DNA of 64,000 bases from NCBI GenBank assembly GCA_963783305.1, contig CAWAMW010000011.1:105318-169317 (forward strand), in the 5' to 3' direction. Below, piece after piece: positions 33,580 through 43,479 of the stretch. How positions within the stretch are numbered: position 1 is the first letter of the stretch; every line of letters begins with the position of its first letter. A program made the translations under genes and the position numbers. The notes beneath the pieces are model-generated. The model was not told the origin of the DNA. It worked only from the letters and a program-made list of their open reading frames with translations, and made no database searches. The stretch comes from an uncultured Gemmatimonadales bacterium. GTDB lineage: Bacteria > Gemmatimonadota > Gemmatimonadetes > Longimicrobiales > RSA9.

Positions 33580-34266
33580 ATGGCGGCCATAAACACGGGG
33601 AAGACGGAGAACACCGCCGTCCACGAAACGGAGAACGATCGGTTCAAGCGGGGCTTCAACGATTGGTTCTGGATCGCGCTGAGCCTCGCTACGCTGCTCC
33701 ACTTTGCGCTGTTCCTCGCCTCGCCTACGTTCGGCACCCAGGACTACAGCTTCGCGGCATCCGAGCTGGAGTCCATCGAGCTCCCGGACGAGATCGAGAT
33801 TCCGCCGCCACCCGAGGCCATCGCGCGGCCGGCGACGCCCGTGATCACGGACGCCACGATCGACGAGGACATTACGATCGCGCCGACCACGTTCGAGGAC
33901 AATCCCATCGAGAACCTCCCGCCGCCGCCCAGCGGCGAAGGTCAGGACATCGCGGCGGCTCCGACCTTCACGCCCATGACGGTGCGGCCTCAGCTGAAGA
34001 ACCAGCGCGAGGTCTCGCGCGCTCTCATGCGCTACTACCCGCCCATGCTGCGGGACGCGGGGCTGGGGGGTACCGTGAAGGTGTGGTTCTTCATTGACGA
34101 GAACGGCCGGGTCCAGGACACGCGGATCAACACATCGAGCGGCTACGACGCCTTCGACCAGGCGGCGCTGCAGGTGGCGGATCTCATGGAGTTCTCGCCG
34201 GCGTACAACCGGGAGCAGAGGGTGCCGGTGTGGGTGGCGTTGGACGTGACCTTCGAGGTTCAGTAG
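33580..34266 (+). CDS. tonB: Energy transducer TonB
   Basis: TM helix with SxxxH-like motif, Pro-rich linker, YP..L...G..G.V, SSGY..FD..A. Confidence 0.9.
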   Translation: MAAINTGKTENTAVHETENDRFKRGFNDWFWIALSLATLLHFALFLASPTFGTQDYSFAASELESIELPDEIEIPPPPEAIARPATPVITDATIDEDITIAPTTFEDNPIENLPPPPSGEGQDIAAAPTFTPMTVRPQLKNQREVSRALMRYYPPMLRDAGLGGTVKVWFFIDENGRVQDTRINTSSGYDAFDQAALQVADLMEFSPAYNREQRVPVWVALDVTFEVQ

Positions 34267-34303
34267 GCCGCTTCTGGCGAATACGGCCGCGAGAGCGGCC
34301 GGA

Positions 34304-34340
34304 GAGGGACGGGGCCCGGCGCGAGCCGGCCCCGTCCCTC
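34304..34340 (+). terminator. Hairpin terminator after tonB
   Basis: GAGGGACGGGGCC/GGCCCCGTCCCTC stem then GTTCGTT. Confidence 0.6.
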
Positions 34341-34413
34341 GTTCGTTCCACCACGCCGCGCGGCCGCTCCGGACGTTGCCCTTTGCCTTCATCTCGCCTA
34401 ACATTGCGCCGTC

Positions 34414-35115
34414 ATGTGGGATAGCCGATTGAAAGAAACGCTCCCCGATGTGCGAGAGCGCATCCAGCGGGCTCTGGAGCGCGGCGGTCGGGACGAGGAG
34501 GTCCAGATCGTCGCGGTCACGAAGGGGCACCCGGTGGAGGCTGTGGAGGCCGCGATCCGCGCGGGTCTGCGGGTGGTGGGGGAGAACCGGATCCAGGAGC
34601 TCGAGGACAAGATCACGATCCTCGGTCGCGAGGCCGCGGAGTGGCACATGATCGGCCACCTCCAGCGTAACAAGGCGCGTCTGGGAGTGCCGCTGTTCGA
34701 CCGGATCCATTCCCTGGACTCGGTCCGTCTCGCCCGCACGCTGTCGAAGGAGGCGGGGCGGGCCGATCTGGTGGTCCGGGGGTACGTGCAGGTGAACGTG
34801 TCCGGGGAGGACTCGAAGGGCGGGATCGATGGCGACGCGGCTGTCGATGCCCTGGGAGCCATGGCCGAGCTGGACCGCCTGCAGGTGCACGGCCTCATGA
34901 CCATGGCGCCGTTCACCGACGATGAGCACGTACTCCGCCGGACGTTTCGCGAAATGCGGCGGCTGCTGGAGCGGCTGCGCCGGGAAGTGCCGCAGGCACT
35001 CCACGCGCATGAGCTGTCCATGGGCATGAGTAATGATTTCGAGATCGCGATCGAGGAGGGCGCCACCAGCGTCCGACTCGGTACGGTCCTCTTCGGGGAC
35101 AGGAGCTACACATGA
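34414..35115 (+). CDS. yggS: YggS/PLP homeostasis protein
   Basis: VAVTK, GENRIQE, WHMIGHLQRNK, LSMGMSND. Confidence 0.95.
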   Translation: MWDSRLKETLPDVRERIQRALERGGRDEEVQIVAVTKGHPVEAVEAAIRAGLRVVGENRIQELEDKITILGREAAEWHMIGHLQRNKARLGVPLFDRIHSLDSVRLARTLSKEAGRADLVVRGYVQVNVSGEDSKGGIDGDAAVDALGAMAELDRLQVHGLMTMAPFTDDEHVLRRTFREMRRLLERLRREVPQALHAHELSMGMSNDFEIAIEEGATSVRLGTVLFGDRSYT

Positions 35116-35753
35116 TCGATCTGACACCTCTCGAGGTCCGTCAGAAAAAGGGAGACTTTCGCCGGGCTGTTCGCGGATACGACGCGGAGCTGGTGAACGA
35201 CTTTCTGGACCTGGTGGCCGACCGGATGGAGGAGCTCGTCAAGCAGAATATGGGGCTTCGGGACTCCGTGGAATCGATGGAGGGGGAGCTGGAGGAGTAT
35301 CGCAAGAAGCAAGGGGCACTCTCGGACGCGCTCATGACGGCGCAGAAGCTCCGCGAGGACGCCCGGAGCCACGCGGAGAAAGAAGGCGAGCTTCTGGTGA
35401 GGGAAGCGCACCTGGCCGCCGAGACGGCGCGGCAGGATGGGGCGCGGGCGCTGCTCCGCGAGGAGGATGCGCTCCGACAGGTGCGGGCACGGCGGGCGCA
35501 GCTCGTACAGTCGTTCCGGCGGCTGTTGGAGCGGGAGCTCAGTGAGCTCGAGGCTGTCGAGGAGACGCTGGAGCTCGAAAGGCCGCAGCCGTCCCGGCGC
35601 CCCCGGGTGCCGGAGGGCGGGAAAGCTGCGGGGACGAAGACCGCCAGACCCCACTCTCCTCCGCCGGAGAAGCCGGCTGTGGAGGAGAGGCCAGCGCAGG
35701 CCGCGGATGAGGACGAGGAGGAGGACTGGTTGAAGTCGCTGGTGGAGGAATGA
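35112..35753 (+). CDS. divIVA: DivIVA domain protein
   Basis: LTPLEV...F...VRGYD...V..FLD followed by coiled coil. Confidence 0.88.
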   Translation: MIDLTPLEVRQKKGDFRRAVRGYDAELVNDFLDLVADRMEELVKQNMGLRDSVESMEGELEEYRKKQGALSDALMTAQKLREDARSHAEKEGELLVREAHLAAETARQDGARALLREEDALRQVRARRAQLVQSFRRLLERELSELEAVEETLELERPQPSRRPRVPEGGKAAGTKTARPHSPPPEKPAVEERPAQAADEDEEEDWLKSLVEE

Positions 35754-35781
35754 GCGGATCGAGTCGAGGACGAAGAGCGGA

Positions 35782-38700
35782 ATGAGATACCCGGAGTTCC
35801 CGGAAACCCACCGAGCGCTGGAGGAGGACGTTCTCCAGCGTTGGCGCGATGAAGAACTGTTCGCCCGCACGTTGGAAGCCACGGCGGAGGGGGAGCCGTT
35901 CGTCTTTTATGAGGGTCCGCCCACGGCGAACGGACGGCCGGGGATCCATCATGTCTTCGCGCGCACGCTGAAGGACCTCGTCTGCCGGTACCAGACCATG
36001 CAGGGCCGGCACGTGACGCGGAAGGCGGGGTGGGACACGCACGGCCTCCCTGTGGAGATCGAGGCGGAGAAGAAGCTCGGGATCAGCGGCAAGCGGGAGA
36101 TCGAGGAGCTGGGCGTCGCCCGCTTCAACGAGGTCTGCCGGGAGAGCGTTTTCACGTACAAGGAGGAGTGGGAGCGGCTGAGCGAGCGGATCGGGTACTG
36201 GCTCGACTACTCCGATCCCTACGTCACGTTCGAGCCCGAGTATATCGAGACGGTCTGGTGGCTGCTCAAGCAGCTGGACGACCGGAACCTCATCTATCGC
36301 GGCTACCGCAGCGTGCCGTACTGCCCACGGTGCGGCACGGCGCTCAGCTCGCACGAGGTAGCGCAGGGCTATCGCGAGGTGGAAGATCCCTCCGTGCATG
36401 TCCTCTGCCGCGTCCTCGGCCTCGACGGCGAGCCGACGGACCGCGCGCTCCTGGCCTGGACCACGACCCCGTGGACGATCCCGTCCAACTCGGCGCTGGC
36501 GGTGAACCCCGATCTCACGTACGCGGAAGTCGAGCACGATGGGCTGCGCGTGGTGGTCGCCGATGCCCTCGTGGAACGCGTGTTCGGAGAGGGGGCCGAG
36601 CCGGTCCGGCGCCTGCCTGCGTCCGAGCTCATCGGCCTGCGCTACCAGCGCCCGCTCGACCTGATCGATGTGGACGACGCCCAGCGGGAGGCCGGCTGGA
36701 AGGTGGTCCCCGCCGATTTCGTGAGCGATGAGGACGGCACCGGGGTCGTGCACATTGCACCGGCGTTCGGTTCCGACGACTACGCGGCCGGGCAGACACA
36801 CAGGCTTCCCATGCTGCGGCCCATCGACGATGCGGGGCGTTTCGAGGAGGGCATCCCGCGGGTGGGCGGGATGTTCGTGAAGGACGCGGACCCGCTCCTG
36901 CTGGCCGCCATGGAAGAGGAGGGAGTCCTGTTCCGGAAGGGTCGGGTGAAGCACTCCTATCCGCACTGCTGGCGCTGCGACAGCCCGCTCATCTACATGG
37001 CCCGGGACTCCTGGTACATCCGGACCACCGCCGTGAAGGAGGCGATGCTCGCCAACAACCGGCGGGTGGGGTGGAACCCGCCGGAAATCGGCACCGGCCG
37101 GTTCGGCGAGTGGCTGGAGGGCAACATCGACTGGGCGCTCTCCCGTGACCGCTACTGGGGCACGCCCCTCCCGGTCTGGCTGTGTGACGCGAACGCGGAG
37201 CACCGCGAGGTGGTGGGATCGTTCGCGGAGCTGGCGGAGCGCGCCGGCGAGCTGCCTTCGGACTTCGACCCGCACAAGCCGTTCATCGATGAGCTGACGT
37301 GGCCGTGCCCCGCGTGTGAGGGCACCATGCACCGCACGCCGGAGGTGATCGACGCGTGGTTCGACTCGGGCGCCATGCCCTTCGCACAGTGGCACTACCC
37401 GTTCGGGGACCCCGACGCCTGGGAGCGCCACTACCCCGCGGACTTCATCGCCGAGGGGCTCGACCAGACGCGCGGCTGGTTCTACAGCCTCATGGCCATC
37501 TCCACGATGCTGGATCCGGAGCCACAGGGGCCGGTCTATCGGAATGTCCTGGTGAACGGACTGGTTCTGGATCGCGACGGGCAGAAGATGTCGAAGTCGC
37601 GCGGCAACACGGTGAACCCATGGGACGCCATCGAGACGTTCGGTGCCGATGCCATCCGCTGGTACCTCGTGACCGTGAGTCAGCCGTGGGCGCCCAAGCG
37701 ATGGGACGAGGAGGCGCTGGGCGAGACTGTTCGGCGCACGTTCGACACCCTGGCGAACACGTACCGGTTCTTCGCCATGTACGCCAACCTGGAGGAGTGG
37801 TCCCCGCCCGAGAGCCCGCATGGCGCCGACCGACCGACCGCTCATGGATCGGTGGCTCCTGTCCAGACAGGCGGAGCTGGTGGGCGAGGTGCGTCGCGCC
37901 CTGGACGGCTATGACCTCACGCGGGCCGCCCGGCTCATCGCGGATTTCGTGGTGGATGATCTGTCCAACTGGTACATCCGCAGGGGCCGCGACCGCTTCT
38001 GGGGATCGGCGGACGCCACCGATACGCGCTCCGCGTTCCAGTCGCTCTGGGAGGCGCTGGTGACCGTGAGCCGGCTCATGGCCCCGATCACGCCCTTTCT
38101 CTCCGACTGGATCCACCGGGCGCTGGGCCTCGAGTCGGTCCACCTCGCCGCGTACCCCGAGCGCCACCAGGGGCTGCGCGACGAGGCGCTGGACGCCGGG
38201 ATGGAGGGTGTGCGCACCCTGGCCAGCCTGGGACGCGCCGCGCGCGAGCAGGTGCAGATCCGCGTCCGGCAGCCCCTCGCCACCCTCTACGCCGTCACCC
38301 CGCGGAAGCTCGATCTTTCCCCGGAACTGCTGGCGGTGCTGAAGGACGAGCTGAACGTGAAGACCGTGGAGTTCCTGGACGTGGCCGAGGAGCTGGTCAC
38401 CCTGGAGGCGAAGCCGAACTTCAGGCTTCTGGGTCAGAAATTCGGCAGCCACACGCAGGAGGCCGCGGCGGGCATCCGCGCGTTGAGCAGCGACGCCCTC
38501 TGGGCGTTCCAGTCCGGGGAGCAGATCGTGATCGAAGTGAACGGCGAGTCCCACGACCTCCAGCCGGACGACCTCGAGATCCAGAAGGTGGCCAGGGGAG
38601 AGCTGGTGGTGGAGACGGGGGACGGCTTCACGGTGGCCCTGGACCCCACCCTCGACCGAGACCTGCGACTCGAGGGACTGGGCCGGGAGCTGGTGAACCG

Positions 38701-38956
38701 AACGCAGCGGCTCCGTCGCGACGCCGGGCTCGAGGTGAGCGACCGGATCGAGCTCTGGATCAGCGGCGACGAGGACGCGGTCACGGCCGCCCGGCTCCAC
38801 GCCGACTACATCACGGGCGAGACGCTCGCCACGACCCTGGAGGTCGCGGCGCCGCCGGAATCCGACGCGATCCATACCCGCGACGTGGAGCTGGACGACG
38901 TCGCGGCGTCCATCGCGCTGCGGCGATCCGGGGGTGGCGATGCCGCTGACGGCTGA
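35782..38956 (+). CDS. ileS: Isoleucyl-tRNA synthetase (type 2), frameshifted near 37826-37840
   Basis: FYEGPPTANG, GWDTHGLPVE, WTTTPWT, KMSKS in 35782-37914; DRWLLS and LSNWYIRR anticodon-binding domain continue in the +1 frame to 38956. Confidence 0.93.
37826..37840 (+). repeat. (CCGA)3.75 tetranucleotide repeat at the ileS frameshift
   Basis: ccgaccgaccgaccg. Confidence 0.85.
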
Positions 38957-39311
38957 GCAGCGCGAGACGCTGGGCGCAATCCTCGACCGCGAGCGCCGTA
39001 AGCTCGTGCGTCGGCTTCGCCGTTTCGGTGAGGAAGTGGGCGAGCGGGAGGCGGCAGGATTCTCGCAGCACATGGCGGACGCCGCGGCGTCCATGACCGA
39101 GCGGGAGACCGCCGCGCTCATGGCGAGCGAGGAGGGGCGTCGTCTGGTGGAGGTGGACCGCGCCCTCGACCGGTTGACCCGGGCGCCGGAATCGTTCGGC
39201 GTCTGCCGGTCGTGTGAAGACGAGATCGTCTTCGAACGGCTGGAGGCTCTGCCATACACGGATCTGTGCATCGACTGCAAGCGCGGCGAGGAGAGGGGAG
39301 ACGGCCGGTGA
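38940..39311 (+). CDS. TraR/DksA C4-type zinc finger protein
   Basis: HMADAAS, FGVCRSC...RLEALPYTDLCIDC. Confidence 0.88.
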   Translation: MPLTAEQRETLGAILDRERRKLVRRLRRFGEEVGEREAAGFSQHMADAAASMTERETAALMASEEGRRLVEVDRALDRLTRAPESFGVCRSCEDEIVFERLEALPYTDLCIDCKRGEERGDGR

Positions 39312-39850
39312 ACGGAGGTGAAGCGGGGGCGGACCCCGTGCGCATCGGCAACTGGGGCCGCGGCAAGGTGGGACTCCTGGCCGGGGTCCTGACGGCCGTC
39401 GTGGCCTTCGACGTGGTCACAAAACTGATGATCCAGCGCACGTTCCGGCTGTATCAGCAGGTGGATCTGGTGGGCGACTATGTGCGCCTCACCTACATCT
39501 ACAATCCCGGTGCGGCATTCGGGATCCATGTCGGTGACTACTCGCGCGCCATCTTCCTCGTACTCTCTGTCGTCGCCCTCGCCGCGCTCCTGGGAATGTA
39601 CTGGGCGACGCCCGCCCGCGACCGCGTACGGCTGACCTCCATCGCGCTCATCTGCGCGGGTGCCATTGGCAACCTCATCGATCGGGTCCGCTCGGAGGCG
39701 GGAGTGGTGGATTTCCTGGACGTGGGCGTGGGCGACATGCGCTGGCCCGTGTTCAACGTGGCCGACATCGCGGTGACGACCGGGGCCATCTTCCTGGCCC
39801 TCTCGCTCTGGCGGGAGGACCAGCGGCCGCGACGGAAACGCAGTGGGTAG
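39308..39850 (+). CDS. lspA: Lipoprotein signal peptidase II
   Basis: NPGAAFG, GAIGNLIDR, VVDF, FNVAD. Confidence 0.96.
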   Translation: MNGGEAGADPVRIGNWGRGKVGLLAGVLTAVVAFDVVTKLMIQRTFRLYQQVDLVGDYVRLTYIYNPGAAFGIHVGDYSRAIFLVLSVVALAALLGMYWATPARDRVRLTSIALICAGAIGNLIDRVRSEAGVVDFLDVGVGDMRWPVFNVADIAVTTGAIFLALSLWREDQRPRRKRSG

Positions 39851-40808
39851 CGCGCGGCGGCTGGAGGTGGACGAGGCCGCTGTCGGCGAGCGCCTCGACG
39901 CCCACGTAGCGGAGCGGGTACCGGAGCTCTCGCGGAGTCGCGTCGTGCAGCTCATCGGGGACGGCCGGATCCGCCTGAACGGCGCCGAAGCCCGGAAGAG
40001 CGCGCGGCTGGAGCCGGGGGACGTCATCAATGTTGAGATCCCGGACCCGGAGCCGAGCGAGGTCGAGGCGGAGGACATTCCGCTGGAGATCGTATTCGAG
40101 GACCGGGACCTGCTGGTGGTGAACAAGCCGAGCGGCCTGGTGGTTCACCCGGCACCCGGTCATCGGAGCGGGACCATGGTGAACGCGCTGCTGCACCACG
40201 TGGACGACCTGTCCGGCATCGGTGGCGTGAAGCGGCCCGGCATCGTGCACCGGTTGGACAAGGACACGTCCGGTCTGCTCATCGTGGCAAAGCACGACCG
40301 CGCCCACCGCAAGCTGTCCGCGGCGCTGAAGCGGCGCGACATCCACCGGATCTATCTCACCGTCTGCTGGGGCCACCTGGAGGAGGACCGGCTGAGCGTG
40401 GAGGCGCCGGTCGGCCGCTCGAACCGCAACCGGAAGCGGATGGCGGTCGTGGAGTCCGGACGCCGGGCGCTCACGCACTTCGAGCGGGTCCAGCGCTGGG
40501 TCGCCGCCGACCTGCTGCGCGCCCGCCTGGAGACGGGTCGCACGCACCAGATCCGCGTCCACCTCGCCCATATCGGCCACCCGGTCGTGGGCGACAAGCA
40601 GTACGCCGGCGGCGGCGCTCGCGGGATCAGCGGGACGGGACACCTCTGGGCGCGCGAGCTGGAGCGCCGGGTGCCAACCCACTTCCTCCACGCCCATCGC
40701 CTCGAGTTCGAGCACCCCAGGACGGGGCAGCCGATGGAGTTCGAAGCGCCGCTCCCTTCCACCCTGGCGGGGGCGGCCGAATGGGCGGCCGAGACGAGCG
40801 CGCGTTGA
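39843..40808 (+). CDS. rluD: RluA-family pseudouridine synthase (RluD-like)
   Basis: S4 domain, NKPSGLVVHP, HRLDKDTSG, GRTHQIRVH. Confidence 0.92.
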   Translation: MGSARRLEVDEAAVGERLDAHVAERVPELSRSRVVQLIGDGRIRLNGAEARKSARLEPGDVINVEIPDPEPSEVEAEDIPLEIVFEDRDLLVVNKPSGLVVHPAPGHRSGTMVNALLHHVDDLSGIGGVKRPGIVHRLDKDTSGLLIVAKHDRAHRKLSAALKRRDIHRIYLTVCWGHLEEDRLSVEAPVGRSNRNRKRMAVVESGRRALTHFERVQRWVAADLLRARLETGRTHQIRVHLAHIGHPVVGDKQYAGGGARGISGTGHLWARELERRVPTHFLHAHRLEFEHPRTGQPMEFEAPLPSTLAGAAEWAAETSAR

Positions 40809-40834
40809 CCCGTTCCCGTCCGTCGGGATATCTT
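40805..40834 (+). promoter_or_regulatory. Putative sigma70 promoter of the Mgl operon
   Basis: TTGACC-18 bp-TATCTT; same hexamers occur at 51769-51796. Confidence 0.5.
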
Positions 40835-40869
40835 CCATCCTCTCCCCCCGCACACGCACCCGACCGCCC

Positions 40870-43479
40870 ATGATCCAACGGCCCGAGGCCGTCACAGGCG
40901 CCGGACCCGAGGCCGGGGGCCGTCCCCGAGCGGCTCGTCGCTCGGCCATGTCCGAACGCGACGTGTCCATTCTCCGCTCGTTGGCCGACCGCATCGACCC
41001 CGGGGACGCTGGCGCCCACAACAACCTCGGAGTCCTCTTCTTTCAGAAGGGGCTCTTCGACGACGCGGTGGCCGCCTTCGAACGGGCGCTCGAGCTCGAT
41101 CCGCGACTGGAAGTGGCGCGCCAGAACGCCGAGATCGCGTTCAAGGAGAGCGGCCATTTCGAAGAGCGCGTGCGCTCGCTTCGCGAGGCTCTCCGCGCCG
41201 ACCCCGCCAGCGCCGACAGCCGCGACGCCCTCGCCCGCACCTACCTGATGGGCGGCGACCCCGCGAGTGCGGCGGCCGAGTGGACGGCGCTGCTCCGGCA
41301 GTACCCCCAGAGTACTCCGCTCCACATGAAGCTGGCGTACGCGGAAGCCGAACGCGGCCGCGTGCAGGTGGCGGTCCACCTGCTGGAGGAGGCCGCGCGC
41401 CTCTCCCCGGAGTTGGCCGCCGTCCGGCTCCAGCTCGCCGAGCTGATGCTGGACACCGGAATGCCCGTCCGGGCCGAGCGCGAGGTGCGGCGCGCCGTCG
41501 CACTGGATCCGATGGCGTCGCGGGCGCAGCAGTTCCTCGCTCGCCTGCTGGAGGAGACCGGCCGGACGGAGGAGGCCACGGAGGCGCTGGAGCGGGCGAA
41601 GGAGCTGGACCCGGCGGCGGGCAGCTCGACCGGGCATCTGTCCCTCGACCGGTACCGCTCCGCGGCGCGGGCAAAACGCAGGCGCGAGGGTCGGCCCGAG
41701 CCGGTGACAGAGGCGGGGCTCGGCGGTCTGGCACGCGCGACGGAGCTCCGCCGGAACGGCAACCTGCGGGGCGCCGCGGAGGAGCTGGAACGGGAGCTGA
41801 CGGCCGGCGACGCGTCGCTGGAGGTCCGGCAGGCGAGCGCCGAGATCCACCTTCTCATGGGCGACCTCGAGGCGGCGGCCGACGCCTACGGTGCTCTGGT
41901 GGCGGAACGGGAGGACAGCCCCAAGCTCTGGAATGAGCGCGGGGTCGCCGTTCACCGTCTCGCCCGGTTCGATGAGGCCGTGCACGCGTACCGCCGCACC
42001 GTTGCCCTCGACCACGCCTACTCCCTCGGCTGGAACAACCTGGGGGTGGCGCTGGCTCAGAGGGGGGAAGAGGGAGCGGCCGAGCGAGCGCTCCGACAGG
42101 CGACCGCGGGGACGGCGCCGCCCGAGATTCTGTGGAATCTGGGGTTGTTCCTCACCCGCTTGGAGCGTCCTGATGAGGCGGTGGAGACCTATCGGGAGGC
42201 GCTTGAGATCGACCGCTCCTCCGCCGAGTCGTGGGCACGCCTCGGGAGCGCTCTCTTCCAGGCACGAGAGCCGGCGGGCGCACGGGACGCGCTGCTCCAG
42301 GCGCTGGAGCGCGATCCGGATCTGGCGGACGCCCGCTATCAGTTGGGCTTCGCCCTCTCCGCCCTCGGAGACTTCCGCGGCGCGTTGAGGGAGACACAGC
42401 GCGCGCTGGAGCAGGCGCCCGTCATCCCTACCCCACAGTACCAGCTGCTCATCGACGCCCAGTTCGAGGACGGCACGCTCCCAGCGCCCGAGACTACCGA
42501 GGGGGAGCGGGTTCCATCCGGATCCCCCGTGGCCGGGTTCGATTTCGAACCGAAGTCTCTCGACAATGCCTTCGCCGGGTTCAGGCCCCGGGACCCCTCG
42601 CCGGGCACCGCGGAGATCCAGACGTTCGTCGACGAGGGCCGGACCGCGCTCCGCCGTGGCCAGCTCAGGAAGGCCGCGGCGGCGGCAAGCCGCGCGGTGC
42701 GGGCGGCGCCAGAGGCGCTGGATCCGCGGCTGATCGAGGGGGAGGTGCTCCTCCGACAGGGGCTGGCGGGCGAGGCGCTCGAGCGATTCGAGGGCGTGCT
42801 CAGGGGCGAGGCCGATACCCGGCAGGTGCGGGAGGCGCTCACCGGCCGCGCCCGTGCGCTCCTCGACCTGGGTCGAGCCAAGGACGCGATTGCGGCCGCG
42901 CGTGCGGTGGAGGACGCCGGGGGCGGGGGATCGTTCACGGCGCGGGCGCTCCTCGCCGCCGAGCGGTGGACGGACGCAGTGTCGGCGTTCGAGCGGGCGG
43001 TCCAGAACGGCGAAGTGGACGCTACCACCCTGGCAGGGTACGGCAGTGCGCTGCTCGGCGCAGGCCGACCGGCGGACGCGCGAAAAGTGTTTACCCGATC
43101 GCTGGCCACCAGCCCCTCCGTAGCCGCGCGGGTGGGTCTGGGGCAAGCTCTCGAGGCCCTGGGCGACCGCCCTGGCGCCATGAGGGCGTACCGGGAAGGA
43201 GTCACCGCGCTGCCGAGTTACGGCCCGGCCGTCCTGAGGCTCGCCATGGCGGAGTGGCGATCGGGGAAGGCCCAGGACGCCGTCCGATCACTGGTCCAGT
43301 TCCTCGACCTCGACCCGACGCACGTGGCCGCGCTGGTCCAGCTGGGCACCTGGCTCGGAGAGCTCGGACGGGTCGAGCAGGCGCTGCGGTCGCTCCATCG
43401 AGCGTTGAGCCTCGATGCGGGGAACGCAGAGGCGCGCCGGGAGCTCGAGCGCTTGAGCGCCGCCGGAAGGGGGGGCTGA
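40870..43479 (+). CDS. Large tetratricopeptide-repeat protein
   Basis: Many TPR units (AHNNLGVLF...AFERALELDP; WNNLGVAL; ARYQLGFAL); alternative start 40948. Confidence 0.9.
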   Translation: MIQRPEAVTGAGPEAGGRPRAARRSAMSERDVSILRSLADRIDPGDAGAHNNLGVLFFQKGLFDDAVAAFERALELDPRLEVARQNAEIAFKESGHFEERVRSLREALRADPASADSRDALARTYLMGGDPASAAAEWTALLRQYPQSTPLHMKLAYAEAERGRVQVAVHLLEEAARLSPELAAVRLQLAELMLDTGMPVRAEREVRRAVALDPMASRAQQFLARLLEETGRTEEATEALERAKELDPAAGSSTGHLSLDRYRSAARAKRRREGRPEPVTEAGLGGLARATELRRNGNLRGAAEELERELTAGDASLEVRQASAEIHLLMGDLEAAADAYGALVAEREDSPKLWNERGVAVHRLARFDEAVHAYRRTVALDHAYSLGWNNLGVALAQRGEEGAAERALRQATAGTAPPEILWNLGLFLTRLERPDEAVETYREALEIDRSSAESWARLGSALFQAREPAGARDALLQALERDPDLADARYQLGFALSALGDFRGALRETQRALEQAPVIPTPQYQLLIDAQFEDGTLPAPETTEGERVPSGSPVAGFDFEPKSLDNAFAGFRPRDPSPGTAEIQTFVDEGRTALRRGQLRKAAAAASRAVRAAPEALDPRLIEGEVLLRQGLAGEALERFEGVLRGEADTRQVREALTGRARALLDLGRAKDAIAAARAVEDAGGGGSFTARALLAAERWTDAVSAFERAVQNGEVDATTLAGYGSALLGAGRPADARKVFTRSLATSPSVAARVGLGQALEALGDRPGAMRAYREGVTALPSYGPAVLRLAMAEWRSGKAQDAVRSLVQFLDLDPTHVAALVQLGTWLGELGRVEQALRSLHRALSLDAGNAEARRELERLSAAGRGG

